Origin: Haplodiscus bocki
Taxonomy: Eukaryota
Direction: 5' to 3'
Assembly: GCA_965655095.1 (NCBI GenBank)
Contig: OZ296654.1
Coordinates: 82,894,001 to 82,958,000 of the forward strand
DNA: 64,000 nucleotides
The notes below the pieces were generated by a model. The model was not told where the DNA came from. It ran no database searches and saw nothing but the letters and a program-made list of their open reading frames with translations. The position numbers and the translations under genes were made by a program. This document shows, piece after piece, positions 53,162-64,000 of the stretch. Every line of letters begins with the position of its first letter. Position 1 is the first letter of the stretch.

Positions 53162-53733
53162 CTTTCCCTCGGATCTTTGAGATGTTGTTTGCTAACTTGT
53201 AGCAGGCGTAGAACGTTCAACGCGCTTTCATTCAGTTTTTTGTTTGGGACTTGCAATTCGCTTAAAAACGTTAACGGATTCAATTCTGTCGCATTTCCGT
53301 CTAGTTGAATGACTAACAGTTCGTCGAGAGACAATCGGGAATTTATGAAAAATGCTTGGAGTATCACGCACGACCTTTCTAACTTACAACTGCTCCAACC
53401 AATTTCAAACAACTTTGTGATGACCGCTTGTATTTTGTTGCTTACGCTGACCGAACTGTCGCTCTTTCCGTTCTTTTGCTTTGACTCTTGCTGGTTGAGT
53501 TGGTCGAGAATGTTCAATTGAGTTGTTTTGTTGGTAGTTTCCAACGGTGATTCGGCGCTTTTTTCTTCTTCAATAATTTCATGTCTAATTTCTTGTTGCG
53601 AGAGCTTAATCTTCTTTGGTTCTGATGGATCAAGAACCGAGGAGGATTGTAATCCAACTAGATCGCGTCGTGCTTCTGCAAAATAGACGTCAGCGGGAAC
53701 AAGAACAAGTCTCTTTGTTGCTTTGCTGCTCAT
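53107..53733 (-). CDS. Polinton uncharacterised ORF (208 aa)
   Basis: Open frame beginning MSSKATKRLVLVP, in the usual position upstream of integrase. Confidence 0.6.
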   Translation of the reverse strand: MSSKATKRLVLVPADVYFAEARRDLVGLQSSSVLDPSEPKKIKLSQQEIRHEIIEEEKSAESPLETTNKTTQLNILDQLNQQESKQKNGKSDSSVSVSNKIQAVITKLFEIGWSSCKLERSCVILQAFFINSRLSLDELLVIQLDGNATELNPLTFLSELQVPNKKLNESALNVLRLLQVSKQHLKDPRERCRSAVLHISFVDRMLLN

Positions 53734-54049
53734 AGCATTGCAGTTTCAGATATCTCAGAATTGAATTTTTCAAAATTCGCAAGAGACTGAGTCCTTGTTT
53801 CGAAGCCAGTAATCCTCTTTTCAAAACCAGTCTATTTTTCGACGAGCAGAGCTTCTCACTGAGCGTCAACTTTTTCTTGAGAGACTGGATTTTGACATTT
53901 TGGAGTTCTATCAATCCTTTTTTGATATTGAAGATATTACAGAAAAGTTTAATTATTACATCGCTGCAATTCAAAATGAAATGCTTCTTTAGCACAGGTT
54001 TAAATGATGAAAGCAGCTCAATCGTAAATAAATTCTGTGAAGGAATCAT
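53690..54049 (-). CDS. Polinton small basic ORF (119 aa)
   Basis: Lys/Leu-rich, CSDVIIKLFCN..KGLI..KQGLSLL pattern; lies between ATPase and integrase. Confidence 0.55.
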   Translation of the reverse strand: MIPSQNLFTIELLSSFKPVLKKHFILNCSDVIIKLFCNIFNIKKGLIELQNVKIQSLKKKLTLSEKLCSSKNRLVLKRGLLASKQGLSLLRILKNSILRYLKLQCYEQQSNKETCSCSR

Positions 54050-54054
54050 TGAAA

Positions 54055-54710
54055 TCTATCACTTTATCGTTTGAGTTGCAATAAAAATTTGCAGGCTTCG
54101 ATATAATGTTGGAAGATAGACGCAGACTTTCGTTCAGACGAGGGTCGAGATCAATCAGCAAATGACCAAACTGATCTCGTGTTGCTCTTTTTTAGGAGTT
54201 TAGCAGAAACTCTCGGCATCCCAATTGCCTTCCCAAACAGTCAATTTGATTGTTATCTCTTGGGTTGCGCAACAGGAGCATCTGTGTTACGTCCAAATCT
54301 ATTGTTTCTGAATGTTTTGATTGTTGGTACAAGTTTTGTTTTAAAACCAATAAGTGTAGATTCTGATGTCGTCCCGATATAGCAAGATCCAAAAATTCTT
54401 TAGTGTCAGAGACGTTTTGATAAACATCATCAAATATCAAAAGGGTTGGTTTGTTTGATGCTGTAACTTTGTCAAGAAATGACCGTTCGACTGCTTGACA
54501 TAGATGGAACTTTTGCTGTTCCAAGGAGAGCAGGAGTTCTTCGTAAATGGGTTGAAAGTGAATATGGAAGTAGACAAATTGTTCAAAATTGGGTTTGAAT
54601 TTTTGGCGAAGCCGTTGTAGAAGCTGCGCAACTAGATGTGTTTTTCCCGAACCACTGGGACCAATGACCGTAAGAAAACAGTGAGAATCAGTGCGAAAAA
54701 TTTTGTTCAT
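54055..54710 (-). pseudogene. A32/FtsK-like genome packaging ATPase (frameshift near the C-terminus)
   Basis: Walker A GPSGSGKT, Walker B LLIFDD, GRHQNL..QNLYQQ. Confidence 0.92.
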
Positions 54711-55021
54711 TGTCTCGGTGATGGAATGATATACCCAAGGCACGCTGCTAGAATGGCATTTCCTCCAATACTGCTTTTGTTTTCGTTGTGTCTGAAAATA
54801 AGAATTACAATACTAGTCGTTACCACCAATAACACTACTCCGTAGTGTGAGAGTAAAACCAACAGTGACCTCTCACGTTTTCTTTCAACGCAGCAGCATG
54901 TGATTGTCCACGGAGGCTTTTCGTTTTCTTCGCTGTCAAATATGATGCTCCCACCAGTGACAGATATTCGTGTGTCCGGTTGATCTAATCCTTGTTTATG
55001 AGTTTGATTGTTGTTGGTCAT
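54707..55021 (-). CDS. Small two-transmembrane Polinton protein
   Basis: Cys cluster, hydrophobic YGVVLLVVTTSIVILIF and AILAACLGYIIPSP. Confidence 0.65.
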   Translation of the reverse strand: MTNNNQTHKQGLDQPDTRISVTGGSIIFDSEENEKPPWTITCCCVERKRERSLLVLLSHYGVVLLVVTTSIVILIFRHNENKSSIGGNAILAACLGYIIPSPRQ

Positions 55022-55289
55022 GAAGTCGATGCTGCTGTTGGGTATAGCAGTGATTGTACTGAAGTGTGAAAAAAATTACTTTCGAAGCCTCAGTCAAATG
55101 AAGTAACTCGTCCACTGTTAGTGGAGTCAAATGCCTATTTTTGTAGTTTTTGTTTTGCAAACAAGCTGCGTAATCAAACTTATCGAGGTAAATACGAAGT
55201 TCGTTGTGATAATTACATTGTACATACAATTCTGAATCAACCGAAAGTTGAAAAACTGCGCTTGGAAGCAAGGAGGAAGCAGCTGTCAT
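54996..55289 (-). CDS. Polinton small ORF (97 aa), possibly PC4-like ssDNA-binding
   Basis: Open, co-oriented and tightly packed; beta-strand pattern followed by LTVDELLHL helix; fold is a guess. Confidence 0.4.
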   Translation of the reverse strand: MTAASSLLPSAVFQLSVDSELYVQCNYHNELRIYLDKFDYAACLQNKNYKNRHLTPLTVDELLHLTEASKVIFFTLQYNHCYTQQQHRLHDQQQSNS

Positions 55290-55304
55290 CTCGAAACCTT
55301 CTAC

Positions 55305-55640
55305 TCAAGAGGGTGGTTCTTTATAGTTTTCCGACATTGCGAGATTGAGGTAAATCCGAACCGACAGTCCAGTAACGTGACCAAGCAGACAGCAGTTTTT
55401 AAAAACTGATTTCTCGCCGAGAGCATATATATTTCTTGGTCCCAATTTGTATTGCGTTTTTATGAAACCAAAAGCATCATGGAATGCTGCATGAACACGG
55501 AAAAGCTTGAAATTTTGCAAGAAATAATGAAGTCTGCTTTTGCCTGGTCCTATCAAACCACCATATTCGCATTCAGAATTATTTACTTTCAAGTCTTTTT
55601 CTGAAGTAATTACTTTGCATACTGCAACGAAAGCATTTTT
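55305..55640 (-). CDS. Phospholipase A2-like protein (start codon uncertain)
   Basis: YGGLIGPG (Ca-loop-like GPG) followed by HAAFHDAFG (His-Asp), as in parvoviral-type PLA2. Confidence 0.6.
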   Translation of the reverse strand, partial: KNAFVAVCKVITSEKDLKVNNSECEYGGLIGPGKSRLHYFLQNFKLFRVHAAFHDAFGFIKTQYKLGPRNIYALGEKSVFKNCCLLGHVTGLSVRIYLNLAMSENYKEPPS

Positions 55641-55677
55641 GCTTGTTGGGTTCTCAGGAAAAAGTCTTTTTACGTTA

Positions 55678-56379
55678 TCAAAGTTTTAAAATTACCTGTC
55701 TGACCGTATAATAATCATGATACATTTTCGCAACCGACTGTTTTCTAGGAAAATTTGTCATGAATTGAATGTTCAAAAGTATGGTTCCTTCATCTATATA
55801 TTGAAATCTTTCACTGTTGATTGATTGTTGTTCAACTCCTTCCTCGTGAAATAGAAAACCTTCGTCGCAGTCACATTGCACGTTGGCGACGTCGAGAGAG
55901 ACAATCAAAGTGTAGCTGTGTTTAGTCGTCGTAAAGTTTCCATAACTGTTTCGAGCCAAAAACTTGACGATAGCGGGTACGGAATGTTTGAATTGACTTG
56001 ATGAACGTTCCAGTTTGTCGAATTTGTCGAGAATTTTTGCTTGTTTCATTACATGGCCATCATTGCAGCTTCTTCCCAGGATGGGGCTTTTTTCCCAGAT
56101 GCAGTCAACATTTTTTCGGGTATTAACGTTGTTCCTTTCACTCAAATGACGTCGAATTGTGGGTCCATGTGCCAGTAAAGTTTTTGTATTTCTGAGGAAC
56201 TCTTTCCTGAAAGCTGCAGTCGCTGTTGAAAACATTTGTATCTTGTAACTGCTGTGTGATCCCACCATTGTGTCGAATAAGGCAGTATTGAAATTCTTTT
56301 TGATCAATTTATCCCTTGTCTTTGGGTTGTTGACGCTGTAAAACACCAAATGTAATGAATTCTCCCGTAGTCGTAGCAT
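55678..56379 (-). CDS. Polinton-associated ORF of unknown function (233 aa)
   Basis: Long open frame co-oriented with and abutting the array. Confidence 0.5.
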   Translation of the reverse strand: MLRLRENSLHLVFYSVNNPKTRDKLIKKNFNTALFDTMVGSHSSYKIQMFSTATAAFRKEFLRNTKTLLAHGPTIRRHLSERNNVNTRKNVDCIWEKSPILGRSCNDGHVMKQAKILDKFDKLERSSSQFKHSVPAIVKFLARNSYGNFTTTKHSYTLIVSLDVANVQCDCDEGFLFHEEGVEQQSINSERFQYIDEGTILLNIQFMTNFPRKQSVAKMYHDYYTVRQVILKL

Positions 56380-58149
56380 ATGTCCGTTTATTTTTTCTCA
56401 TTGTCATTTTGTGATTGTAAAGTTACTGAAAATTCTAGATTTGAAAAATCTATGGCCCATTTGAGAAATTTCCTTAAACTTTCCACCAAATGAGGTTTTA
56501 CTGATAACGGTTGAAATTCATTTTTTGCCAGGGGCTCTATCACTTCCTCATCTGATGAGCTCCAAAGTTATTGCACGTAAGTTTCGTTAGTTTCGTATAA
56601 GAGAAAGCGCATGCGCTCTTTTGATGAATCTCTTGCAACAGAGATGATGAGCTTCTAATGGAGCTATTCTTCTCGAGGAATGAATATATAAACAAACGAA
56701 TTACTGCTCAGTTCCTTTTGTTGACATTTGTGGTGGGAGTATTTTAGGAGTATTCAAGATAATTCTGACTTTAATTGTTTCAATTTGGTTTGAAGGACTA
56801 AAATGGACAGAAAAATACCTGGAGCTGATAACACGGGTCATGCTGAACTTTATTGCTATATCTCATCATGTGTTGTTCATATTTCCGGTATGCGTGTAAA
56901 CTAATGTAGGAGTGTCAAAATTATGATGGGCGCTGTCTTTGGAGTCTTTTATGCGAATAATGGAACTCTTGAGGTATTTTATACAAATAGTATGGACTAT
57001 TGCCCTCAAGATGAAATGGTAAATGGCATTTCTTACCATATTGGTAGTGTAGCGCTAGTGAGGTACCTACGGACCAAGAATCTCTTGCTGCAGGCCTAAT
57101 CACTCGTGCCACACTGCCTGATTGTTTTCAAGTTTTGGACACTGATTTCCTGTGAAACCTTTTTCTAAATTTCGCTCTCATTTACAACACATTATATTAA
57201 GGTGAAGTTCCAATGTCTAGTGATAGCCCTCGTTATTATCAGAGAGTGTTTTGGTAACCATATATGGTCATTCGGGAGTTAAGTTTCTGGTAAAACTTCG
57301 ATAGGGAGCCATGAAACTGTGCGGGGACCTCCCCCAGCGTATACTACTCACATCCATATGTTTGCACTCGTGAGTTGTACACATCGTAAGATTTCAATCC
57401 CAACATTCGACCGTGAGGTTCCGACACAGCAAGAAACATCAGTACTATTAGCGTTTAAATAGCGATTCAGAAACAAACCTGATTGTAAAACAAATCCCCT
57501 CATGTTGACTTGCATCGGTGCGACATTAGAATTGGATTTGTTCATTGAATTTTGAAGCATCTGGAGCCTAATTCTCTTTGAAAGCCTTGCAATTTTTATA
57601 GAAGGCAGGGTAGTTACCATAATAGTTCATGCAGTACGCATAATCAAGTGGCACACATTTGTTACTGTGGTCATAGGAATTTTGATTAACATAATCTTTA
57701 CGATAATTCGATGGATGATCGTAGCCAAAAATAGCACAAATTGGCTGGAACTTGCACTTTTCGAAGAGGTGATTTCCTCCCTTCCGATATTTGGAGCCTT
57801 GCATCATTTCTTTTTTTTCCGCTTCCATTTCGAAATACATTTTTGCTAGATTCATTCCATTACAGATGGCAAAAAGAGGTTCCGCTTCTAATATGAAAAG
57901 CAGTTCAGGAACAGGAAGAGAGTGACTGCCGCTTTGGTATCGTTTGAATTCAAAACTTAGCCTTTAATCTTTCTCGAGTACATGATTCCAAAAGTCAGTT
58001 GGAACATCTCTAAATTTGCCATGCAGCTTCTTGCTAGACGTTTCAATATAGACTATTTTGACATTGTTTTCCAAAAAATCGGACTTCTAAGCAATGGAGA
58101 TTTTCAAACAGTCATCGGCATTTTTGAATTGCAACACGTTTTTGCCAGT

Positions 58150-58650
58150 TAGTTTGTGAAACAGTAGTGTAGCGTGATAGAAAGAAAGAGCTGGTCTATC
58201 ATTCTCTTCTGCTGCATGCTCGAGCTGAGCACATTACGAGAACTGTCACCAATGACAATGATTTGCTCCTTTGGGTATCTTGATCGCTGAAACTTCATAG
58301 CCTGAGTTTTCGAAGAAACTTTCACGTTTTCAGCGGAAAACGTAGGACATTCTAAAGTTCTATCAGTTTTTTTTGGGAGAAGATTCAATTTTACTAATTT
58401 TTATCTTGAAATGGTGAAGTTCAACTGGAATTTCCAGAAGACTCTGTTTGCTAATTTTGTTTTGAGAACTTCGGCACACAGGCTACACAGAAGAATATGC
58501 TTGCTGGAACGCTTTTTAGTCCATCGATTTGTGCCTCAGAAATATTGACACAGCCCCCGTGAAACCATTTAGGACAGAGATCACAACCGATAGAAGCAAA
58601 TTTCCCAGGCACAATGAGTGAGCCGCATGAGGCACATTAGAATCCTGAAC
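58150..58650 (-). pseudogene. PHD finger with downstream GDS (SGNH-like) motif; LINE ORF1-like remnant
   Basis: CASCGS..IGCDLCPKWFHGGCVNI..FFCVAC at ~58465-58640; IIVIGDS at ~58245. Confidence 0.6.
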
Positions 58651-59449
58651 CTTGCGAGCTTTTCTTTTCTCCTAATGCCCATTTTGCTTTTATCTTTTCA
58701 GTCCGAAAAAAATTCCAAATTCTGTAGTCTCAGGAAAAATCTGAAGCTCGTTTCAAGTTTATCACAACAATAAAATCAATAGGCAGCAAAATAGGAATTT
58801 AAAAAACCAAGGTTTAAAACCACCTGCAGTTTGAGTCATTTTTTGTGAGTCATTTCAGACATTCGTTATCTTCGATGCGAAATGAGTATATCAAGTTCCC
58901 ACATTACTTCGCGCAGTTTTTCAGTTTTTCAACTTCACCCGCAAAATTTTGTAGAGTCTGTCGCATTCTAATCGCATTCGATTTAAAAGCATTCAAGGGG
59001 ATTGTCGGAAATCAAAAGGGGCTCGTCCTATTCAATTTGCTGATTTCTTGTCACATACTGAACTCCGGTGTCGGGATTAACGAAACTGTCAAATGTGAGC
59101 TTCAAACGTCTTTATGACCGAAATCAGAACCATCTGCTGGAGAAGAGAAACTGAGAAACTCGATTTCAAATAACACTCGAAAACTGATTGAAAACCTTTA
59201 CCCGCAGCACAACTTAGTGAATTTTGAAAAAATCAAGTGAACAAGTTTTTTCTCGAAAAGAAATTGACGTGGGCCACGACAATAAAACCAAACGTCAATT
59301 TCAGAAAAAAACCACAGGCCAAACCTTTCACAAGCGCTTGACGTGATTTTAGTTGAGACAAAAAAAGTAAACATTTGTAGGAAGATTATTGGAAACAGAT
59401 TGAAGTTAAAGTGGTTGCTTTTTAGGACTCAAAGCGTTCATAGATTGAA

Positions 59450-62200
59450 GAATTGTTTTCACTTCAGACGTGAAGTTATCCGGTGATGTACTTCGTCGTG
59501 TTTTCTCAGCAACAGAAATCAACAATTGTGCAGTAGCCACCCAGAAGCGGCGTTCACACAAACGGTTGTTAGCAGATTTAATAGAAAGTTTCAAGTAACG
59601 CGTTTGTCTGAAACTTAACTGCATCACATGTCTCTCACTGAAAGAAGCATTTGGCAAACGGCAAGGCACGGGCACTTGAAAAAAACTATGCCTGACATAA
59701 GTGCTTTCATAAGAGATTCGTACTCGAACTGGCAGGCAAAGTTATTCGAGAGGCAAAACTGTAGACGCGCAGGGTAATTATGGCGAACAAAAGTCATTTT
59801 AGCTTCTTTGTTCTGATTTGACTGTAGCTTTCCAAACAAAATTTCAAGTTAGCCAAAAACACAAGTTGCAATAGTGAAGCCTGCTAGTCACGAATCTGAA
59901 GGTTCCTAACTATATAGTTTCAGGAGACAGATGTTTTATAAAACATGATGTGTAACTTGACTGAGAGTAACAGCTAGCAGAGACCAGGTTTGTAACTTTG
60001 CAAAAACTAAATTTACTGTCAAGGACGGCGCCTACCACTTCGATATATTTTTTCATTTGAACATTGAACGCATTCATCACAAGACTTTCAGAAAGACGGC
60101 TTCTCGAATTGTTCACAACAAAAAATAATCTTTAAAACAATTCGTTTCAGTATCATGGAGAAAAGATATGAAAAAAGTTCTCCGATAATTCTTTTCAATT
60201 ATAAACTTTTTGAAGCAGTAGTCAAGTTTAATTTCATGGAGATTGATCAGTTGTCTCCATACACATGATAATCCAGAAGGTAATCATTCAAAAAACTATG
60301 AAGAAGCAAGTGATGCAGAATGAGTAAAAGCGTTCCACGTATCGATCCCTAATGTGAACTTTTGGTAAACAGTTCTCAGTTCAAAAGAAGCCACCACTTA
60401 TGACACTTTGTATCCGACCTTACAGAAAAGAAAGTAGTAAAGTTGGGGTCTTATCTGTTACTCATTTTTTCGCAAATGTTTTCAGCAACACTTTTTGATT
60501 AACATTGACAGTGTCGAAAGCAGCAATTAACTCAATGGAGAAGCCGAGATGTGTCTGTTTCTCACAGAAGGCCCAGAGCCGTTTGGAAGTAATTTAAAAC
60601 AAAGTTGTTTCAGTTTAATGAAACTTCTATAGGCAGGTTGACGCTGATCGATAGTAGATTGTTTTTTGAGGAATGATTGAATGATTAAAACGACAACTTT
60701 TTCAAATGCTGTTGAAGCAAACTGTTGTTTAGTAATCGGTCAAAACTTGGAAGCAGGTCCGATAAAACCAATTTTGAAGTTTGTTAACACTACCTTTTTT
60801 GAGTTTGTAAGGAAAAGTACCATTATTTAAGGATCCATGTTTTACTACAGGAAGTTTTCTTAGAATAGTTAGTAGCTTCTTCGAACTAAGCAAGCAAAAG
60901 ACTCAGACATGCTGGGATGCGGTAGATACCTTGGTTCTGATTACAAGCACATGTTCTACGTTATTTAATTCAAATAGTTTTGACGAGGCATCAAAGTGTG
61001 AGAGTGGACTTTCAACATCGGTCGCAGAGATTTTGGAATCGAATCCATAAATTTTTGGAAAAAGCAATCCTGGAAAAATGTTGGTGGTTCAGTTCTACCA
61101 AAAACAAAAAGTGTAGTCTGCTGTTAGGCGGAACCAATAAGTTTTTTAAGTATGGATAAATTTGACACTTGTTTGTATTGTTACCACATTAGCATGTTTA
61201 CCATTAAGAAGTTTATGTCGTCTTCCATTATAGAGGACTAGATATCCTTTTGTACAGTATTGATTTGTCAGGCAGTCAATATTGGACTCTTGTTTGGAAA
61301 AGCCTTCCACATTGGCGTTTTTTTATTTCGTTTTCTTCAGTTCGAAATCAAGAAAAAGACAATTAGTTTCTTTGATAATTTTTTCGGCATTGCCCGTCGA
61401 TCAGCAAAAACTTTGAGGGTTCCACAGATTTTCACCCATATCATTGTTCTCAAACATTGTAGTACAGTTTTCACTGAAAATAGGTAAATTCAGTTATTTC
61501 AGGTTGCTGTAGGATACAAAAGGTTTTGGACGAAGAACCGACGGTACAACAGAAAATTTGATGTTCAAGCAATTATGATCGGAGAGACTCATATCCAAGG
61601 TAGTTGTATCCAAGTTCTCAGCTTTTATACTTTAGTCAACAATTTTGCCTTCATTATGTGTAGCAAGATCGACAGACTGATTTAATTCTAAATCATTGAG
61701 AACTTCGCAAAAAACCATCGATCCCGGGTGTTTATAATGAGACGGACATTGAAATTAACACATCAGAGAAGCTTTTCAGATGAAAAGTACTCGAAAAGTT
61801 CTCTCGACTCCGTCAGAAAGCTAAATAAACGGTCTGCAGTTAACGCGAGGCAAGTGTTTACAAAAAATGTAAGTTTAACAAGTCGGCAAATTTTTTTGTT
61901 GTACAAGGACACATTTTTTTCAATTTCAGTACTTCAGCTAGTCCGTAAAATTGTGACTATCAAACTCTGTCTAAGAACATTGAGATTTTTTCTACCACTG
62001 GAATAGTTTCGAGATCTGGAAAAGAACTGATTACTTGCGGGAACACATTGGTTATTGATAAAATTGTGGCCATCGCCATTCAAGCGACTTTTGGTTATCA
62101 TGATGAGATCAGATTCTGCGGACAAGATTGCACAGTGAAACTCACAGGCGATTTTCCTCAAAAATCTTGCCCAAAAGAAGCCGACGGGAGATTGTTCTTT
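59450..62200 (-). mobile_element. Highly decayed CR1/L2-type LINE
   Basis: SDLIMITKSRL (APE I.TETWL-like), degenerate RP..LL at ~60440, VGAVLDSKFSF (LGV.LD..L.F-like). Confidence 0.55.
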
Positions 62201-64000
62201 AATGAAGTATTAGTTGCCACTCAGGGCGGTTTTTTGGCGGGGTTTGCCGGTACTCATGTGTTTTTATGACATAAATCTGCCATTTTTCACATGTTTAAGT
62301 CAAAACGAAGGATCTTCAATGTCAACTGGCTTGTCACTGGAAACACAAGTTCAACAGTTCCACTGAGACTGGTAAGTTGATACTTTCTAGCTATGGAGGG
62401 AGCCCATAGGCTCATGCTCACAAAAATGACGAATGGCATCCTTATCACAAGCTTTCGAGACACTTTCAACGAAGTGTTTTCCTCGAAGCAGGCCTCGCAT
62501 TATTCTTAATATTTGAATTTTCTCCAGCAGCAGTTCTTACATGACGTTTTTTCTCCACCCTGGAAAATTCTCAGCTTAAGCATCGTAAAGAACGTCAACC
62601 AAGCCTTGTTTTGACGAAGTTACGTTTTCAGTTGATCCATGGCCTTGTCTTCATTGTCGTGTTTTTCAGATGTAGCAAAGTTTTTCAAGTGAGGACCAAG
62701 TTTAAAGGGGTAATCCTGGTATCATTTAAACACTGTTGCTTCAGCTTTGCCTTCCGACACCGCTGCAGATATACCAATAAGGTTTAATTCATCTGAGGCA
62801 GTTTTCACAGCGCATGGTAAACTTTCTACAGGAATGTTTTGAAAAAGTTCACTAGGGTTTTCAGAAGTAACTACCTTCTCAAAGCGAAAATTAGTCTCAA
62901 CAGGAATTGCCTTACATTTTATTCCAATTTTTGGGATATAAGTGGCCGGAGTTTCCCAGAGCAAAGTTTGTCACACTAACTATCCGATAGATCACGTTGA
63001 ATCGAGTGCTCGCCAATCTCATCACCCTCTTTTAATGATGCACATCATTAGCAAATAAATTACACCAACACGTTCTGTTTGGGCCGCCACAAACATTTTG
63101 AACTCAGAGAAAGACGGGAACACGTATTTTGCTGGTTGATTACTCTGGACCGAACAGGAAAATGAATGTTGGATTCTTCCCAGAAAAACTGTTGTTTTTG
63201 ATTCGGTAGAACGTCAAATGTTGTTTTCAGGCATTGCTTTGATGTAGGGTTGTTCGTTGATGGGCCTGAAAGAAGATAGTCGAAAGATTACGGGTGTCAT
63301 CAACCCAATAGCCTCCGCACTTGTAAATGTCTATTAAGAAGGGCTGGCTTCTACACTGGGAGCCTTCTTGAATCTTATGAAGTTGGAATTCAGAGATCCG
63401 TCTGACAAAGTAGTGAAATAATTTCGTGTTTCGACAGTAAAATTGCTCTTGCATAATGTTTGTAGAGCTTTTGCCTCCGAGGCAGGTGTTCCCACGACTC
63501 GAGAAAAACAGTGTCAGTATGAAGGGCTTGAAGCGTAAAAAGTTCCGTAAATGTTTTTTATCTGGTCATTTTGGCTCGGAAAATGAGTTGAAGTACGTCA
63601 AGAAAAGGTAACAGCAGTCTAGAAAAACAGTTGTCTGACCAACGTGAAAGAAGTGCGGCAACAATTTGCCCTCAGTGGTTTCCATCGCAATTTTCCACGT
63701 TTCGAGAAAACTTGAAATCCATTATGTTTTCCACTTTCCTTGAAAACATGCTTCTTTGGTTTAGAGAATGCGATAAAGCACTTTTGCAATTAAAAGAAGA
63801 ACTCTCATCAACAGAGCTTGTTTAGTGGTCTCGTCTAACAACCTGGTCGGAAACTCTCTGGAAACAAAACGAGAGTTTTACGTGGAGGTACACTGTAAAG
63901 TTCGAAACAAAACTTGCTGCAGAATCGGGAGCTGGAGATTGTCACCGATCAGATAGCCTCAATTTGGTTTTACAGTTTTGAAGATCCGGAGGGCATAACT

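Larger units (their letters stand above)
45350..56400. mobile_element. Polinton/Maverick (adintovirus-like) endogenous element, decayed; TIRs not found, ends approximate
   Basis: pPolB on + strand facing a tightly packed minus-strand array: protease, MCP, core protein, minor capsid, integrase, ATPase and accessory ORFs. Confidence 0.95.

Noticed and set aside
56400-57900. Polinton right TIR or further viral genes
   Set aside because: No inverted match to the left end seen; decayed coding-like sequence could not be assigned

Overview
AT-rich eukaryotic (invertebrate animal) genomic DNA. Bases 1-~37.9 kb hold the 5' part of a minus-strand Pumilio-family gene. Seven coding exons were traced with GT-AG boundaries and consistent phase, giving more than 1,130 aa of low-complexity N-terminus; the PUF domain lies beyond base 1. 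Its 6-15 kb introns carry a BEL/Pao LTR element, tRNA-derived SINEs, a Mutator-type MITE, a Polinton capsid/protease relic and a CRE-type non-LTR element with a nested LINE fragment. Bases ~38.3-64 kb are stacked decayed elements: a MULE transposase, three CR1/L2-type LINEs, and an ~11 kb Polinton/Maverick (adintovirus-like) provirus. The provirus encodes pPolB, protease, major and minor capsid, a cupiennin-like core protein, integrase, packaging ATPase and a PLA2-like ORF. The most notable observation is that its integrase frame begins with a 2A-like StopGo peptide (LLVRAGVEKNPG|P) followed by a PHD finger, all in one reading frame. All family calls come from motif recognition by eye; no database search was run.
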